64,000 bases of DNA from Hemiscyllium ocellatum. Its lineage: Eukaryota. The stretch is from NCBI RefSeq assembly GCF_020745735.1, contig NC_083413.1:6324001-6388000 (forward strand), read 5' to 3'. This document shows positions 63,601 to 64,000 of the stretch, piece by piece (position 1 is the stretch's first letter; each line of letters opens with the position of its first letter). The notes below the pieces were generated by a model that saw only the letters and a program-made list of their open reading frames with translations, searched no databases and had not been told where the DNA came from. The translations under genes and the position numbers were made by a program.

Positions 63601-64000
63601 TGTCACTTGTCAAATGGTTGTATGTTCAGAGGATTGAACACAAGTTGTAGACTGACAAAGATGCTGTATTATCAAAGACTCTGCATTTTAGATGGGCAAT
63701 TAAATTGATATGATGTTGGATAGATTCAAAAGCTTCCAGCTTTATTTCTTTCCAGACCAACAGTACTTGAACAAGTTACTTAATCATAGTTATTTCTTTG
63801 TGGGATTTTCCTGTGCACACATGATGTACACCTTTTCTACACAGCAACAGAAGTGCTTCTTTGACTATACAGCACAGTGGGATAGTTTGAGATTATGCAA
63901 GACATTATACAGACAGTACTTTTTCACCTGGCTTTCTCAAGGCAATGCAAAACACCTGAACAAGTTGTTTAACTTGAAAAAAAAACAAAGTTACCATTCA

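Noticed and set aside
52700-64000. PLS1 coding exons expected from human synteny
   Set aside because: No plastin-like peptide recognised in any frame, so no gene symbol was assigned.

Overview
Eukaryotic genomic DNA from a cartilaginous fish. This is inferred from HE1/V-SINE-type SINEs, CR1 LINEs and shark-type Penelope elements; the species cannot be fixed from sequence alone. Genes: the first 13 coding exons of ATR on the minus strand (ATG at 31007, 968 codons in the window, all GT-AG, continuing off the left edge); a divergent, intronless-CDS PAQR9/mPR-epsilon-like gene (41463-42473, minus); and two CpG islands (~31.0-31.9 kb and ~52.2-53.3 kb) that both look bidirectional, with splice donors on each strand. 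The rest is transposon debris. The most striking hidden structure is a dense set of Penelope-like-element (PLE) derivatives from at least three families. They carry minimal hammerhead ribozyme (HHR) cores, about 11 of them intact in 64 kb, and most are inserted as fold-back palindromes with 8-16 bp target-site duplications (TSDs). Highlights: a 559-bp retrozyme-like insertion with two tandem HHRs delimiting a 332-nt unit (60442-61000); a 1130-bp near-perfect palindrome (43728-44857); an intact HHR in the sense strand of ATR intron 1; and a mirror-image CHR promoter with a GC-box minisatellite upstream of ATR. Repeat boundaries are read by eye and are approximate unless a TSD is quoted.
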